Shown: positions 60,870-64,000 of the stretch, piece after piece | Layout of the letters: each line of letters starts with the position of its first letter | Numbering within the stretch: position 1 is the stretch's first letter | Assembly: GCF_036321535.1 (NCBI RefSeq) | Contig: NC_087437.1 | Location: 20,896,001-20,960,000, forward strand | Reading direction: 5' to 3' | DNA from: Camelus dromedarius | Lineage: Eukaryota | Length of the DNA: 64,000 nucleotides | Translations under genes and position numbers: made by a program | The notes under the pieces: generated by a model | The model's input: only the letters and a program-made list of their open reading frames with translations | Databases searched by the model: none | What the model was told of the DNA's origin: nothing

Positions 60870-61010
60870 TTTTAATAAATTTTCTTTTTTTATAGTGAAA
60901 GTTTTTTTTTTTAATAAAAAAAATTTTTTTAATGGAGGTACTGGGGATGGAACCCAGGACCTCATAAATGCTAGGCATGCACTCTCCCACTGAACTATAC
61001 CCACCCCCCA
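60870..61010 (-). mobile_element. Vic-1-like SINE
   Basis: Reverse head AATGGAGGTACTGGGGATGGAACCCAGGACC...ACTGAACTATACCC, long T-rich tail, flanking CTTGTGTGT repeats. Confidence 0.88.
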
Positions 61011-61518
61011 CCTTGTGTGTATTTTTGAGCACATCCCTGTTGTGGCCCTGTTTGATTTTGAGGTAAGCTGTTAAAAGTGCATTTTGAATATTCTGCAAAT
61101 ACTCCTAATATTTAAGGTCTTGTCTCACCTTCCACCAATTTAAATTATCAAAAAGAAAAATGCCTGAAGTGAGGGACTATTTGTACAATGTAGCTGAGTG
61201 CATCATGCTTGAGACACAAACAGTACTCTAACAAGATGAATGGGGAGATCACGTCATCAACGACCAAAGGAACTTGCCTCCCTACCAGTTCTGCCTCCGG
61301 AGTCGACAGCCCTATGAAAATGATCTACATTTAAATATTAAAAAGCAAGCCCATTTGTATTCCTCTGACTCACCAGAAAGAAGGTGAATAAATAAATAAC
61401 TCAGGGCCAGGAGATACCCCTTCTGTTGCCATGTTATAGGTTGATGGGTGTTGTTTCCAAACAATGCTGTATAACTGACCCATCTTGGGATTTCTTTCTA
61501 GCTGTAGGACACATTCTT

Positions 61519-62040
61519 TTTTTTAAGTGAAGAATAGTTAATTTACAATGTTGTGTTAGTTTCTGGTGTACAGCAAAGTGGTTCAGTTTTACATATATAT
61601 TCTTTTTAATATTCTTTTTCATTATAGGTTATTACAAGATATTGAATATAGTTCCCTGTGCTCTACAGTCAGACCTTGTTGTTTATCTATTTTCCATGTA
61701 GTGGTTTGTATCTGCTAACCCCAAACTCCTAAATGATCCCTTTCCCCACCTTTCCTGTTTGGTAACTATGTTTGTTTCCTATGTCTGTCTGTTTCTCTTT
61801 TGAAAATAAGTTCAGTTGTATCATTTTTTAGACTCCATATTATAAGTGATATCATATTTTTGGCTTTCTCTGGCTCGACTTACTTTACTTAGTATGATAA
61901 TTTCTAGGTCCATCCATGTTGCTGCAAATGGCATTATTTCATTTTCTTTTTTTTGCAGCTAAATAGTATTGCATTGTATATATACCACATCTTATTTATC
62001 CATTCATCTGTCAACGGTCATTTAGGTTGCTTCCATGTGT
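61519..62040 (-). mobile_element. 5'-truncated L1
   Basis: Reverse L1 3'UTR; TSD GGACA(C/T)ATTCTT (61507-61518 / 62041-62052). Confidence 0.92.
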
Positions 62041-63384
62041 GGACATATTCTTATTAAGAGTTTCCCTACCTCGGTCACCATGAAGACAGCCAATTTATGG
62101 GTGAAAAATGACTGAATGGGTTAAAACCTGATTAAGAAATAGGAAAAGACGAAGTAGTGAATGGAGTGGGTAGAGAGAGGAGTGAGGGCCTTTAAACACA
62201 TTCATTAATAATTTGAGGAAGGAAGTGAAGGGCCAGTTTGTGTATGATGCAATATTGTTCCAGTTACCAAACCTCATGAAGAAAGGAGAGGAACTCTAGT
62301 TGAATTTAAAACACAGTGCAAGGGCAATTAAGGGAGGGGGATGGAACAGCCTTCTTGTCATAGCACTGTGAGTAAATCCTACGAGTCTTTACAAAACTTT
62401 ATTTCCCAAATATTTTACACTCAGGAAACACTGATTCTGCTAAAAGTCTCTGCAAAGCAGACCGCTGCCAGTAAAAGAACATCAATGTCCTTACATGTTT
62501 ATTCAGAATTAGAGTAATTGGGAGTAATTTCAGATGGAAAAAAATGGAGTTTCTGAGTTTTAGTGAAAGACTATGATAATTTTGAACTGTGCAACAGGAA
62601 GACTGCCTGGGAAGAAAAAAGTGTAATTTTTACACTTCATGTAAAATTGTTTTTCACACAATTTTGTGATAGAGTTATGGACTTGGGAATAAGCTAGTGA
62701 AAAGAAAGGAAATTAGAAGAATCTGGTATGGATATTATTTTTAAAAAAGGAACAAACCTTTAAAAGCTGGCTTTTAATTTCAAATGATAGGATGTCATTA
62801 AGGTTTTCCATTCTTCTTTTAACCATTTGGACAGATATGAAAATGAATACTGAGTACATAACAGGATTTCCAAAATAGGAAAATATCTAGTCTGCAGAGT
62901 GGAGGAAGAAAGTGGGCAAATATGATTCAATTTCATTCATTTGACAGATATTTATCAGTGGAGTTAAATATCCAGAAGAAGAGATAAACAAGTACACAGG
63001 TTTATAACACCAGGTAGAGAGAGACAGATGGGGCAGCATTTGGCCAGGAGGGAGGAAAGGCCCTCCTAACAGAGCCCAGCTGGGGGGGAAAAGTGGCCCG
63101 GTATGGCGGGAGATAAGAGGAGTTAGGTAGGCTGGGTCCATTTCCAACGCTGAACACTTGCCTGAGGAATGTGAACTTTACTCTTTAGTCATTTCTAGTA
63201 CTTTTCATGACCTGTAGCGTAGCGTGCTTGCTGGCTGAAGGGATGAATGAAGCCATTGATGCTTTTTTGAGCAGACAAGTGACAAACCCCAATTTTTGCT
63301 TCAGGAAGATTAATTTAAGTGGTGTGTAGGCAGAATGAGAAGGATGGGAGACCTATTATGAGTTCCAGTCAAGAGCATGAGGTG

Positions 63385-63620
63385 ACATTTACTGAGTTAA
63401 TCCAACTACATGCCCAGCATTCCACTAGATGCCTCACACATGTACTCTCCATCATGATTTAATCCTGAGAATAACCCTTTGAGGAAGGGATAGTAAGTAT
63501 AGTATTCCCAGTTTATTGTTGAAAAACAGGTTCAGAAAGATTGAGTAACTTGCCCAAATGTCACACATATAAAAGTGGTAGAATTAGGCTCCAACCCAAG
63601 TCTGTCTGTCTCATAAACTC
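63385..63620 (-). mobile_element. MIR SINE
   Basis: TTTAATCCT..ATAACCCT.TGAGG..GAAAAACAGGTTCAGA..GAGTAACTTGCCCAA..TCACACA..AACCCAAGTCTGTCTG. Confidence 0.75.
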
Positions 63621-64000
63621 ATTCTTTTTGAAGATGAAACACACACACAAAAACTGTAACATGTCGACACTACTCAGATGAGGATGGTTTTAACAAGGAC
63701 AATGACAGAGAATGGAAAGGAAGGAAGAGAGAGATTTCGGCAGAGTCAGAAGGATGTGGCAACTGAAAACAGTATGGGGCCTAGGGATTCAGAAAAGAGT
63801 CAGAGTTTTAGCCTGGATAACAGAATATGGCTGTGAATTCAGATTCGGAAAAGGATGATAGGGAATATGTTTCGGATCTATTGTTTGAAATGACAGCAAA
63901 ACACATGAGGTGGTAGGTTTACTCTCCCCAACATGTGTACAAATCACACAGAGGTCAACGGCAACACGCACAGACCTGGAAGGGTCACTCCTTGGCCACA

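Noticed and set aside
62560..62800. Faint CR1/L3-like stretch (TTTTGTGATAGAGTTA..)
   Set aside because: Too degenerate to call by eye.
27000..64000. RASA2 exons or promoter expected from mammalian synteny
   Set aside because: No CpG island and no RasGAP or C2-domain coding sequence seen; probably beyond the window end.
1..64000. CRISPR arrays, operons or other prokaryotic/viral systems
   Set aside because: No regularly spaced repeat-spacer structure or dense coding; the content is ordinary mammalian gene and repeat sequence.

Overview
Mammalian genomic DNA, most likely a camelid: it carries ten copies of a tRNA-Ala-derived SINE matching the camelid Vic-1 family, plus matching young L1 3' ends. 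The only supportable protein-coding gene is ZBTB38, a BTB/C2H2 zinc-finger methyl-CpG reader. Its whole CDS lies in one exon (20380-23970, +, 1196 aa), the ATG sits directly behind a splice acceptor, and an approximately 3 kb AU-rich 3' UTR follows. Positions 1-20379 are intronic/5'UTR territory, with a candidate non-coding exon at 11421-11583. Positions ~27000-64000 are intergenic and dominated by nested L1, L2, MIR, LTR and hAT repeats. By synteny RASA2 should follow, but no CpG-island promoter is visible in the window. I found no convincing new biological system. The best leads are: a candidate internal promoter/5'UTR exon that would build the ZBTB38 Kozak context by splicing, a local templated duplication of a SINE plus unique flank into an old L1, two CTCF-type motifs, and two weak coding-like relics on the minus strand. 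Repeat family names come from recognition by eye, and their boundaries are approximate.
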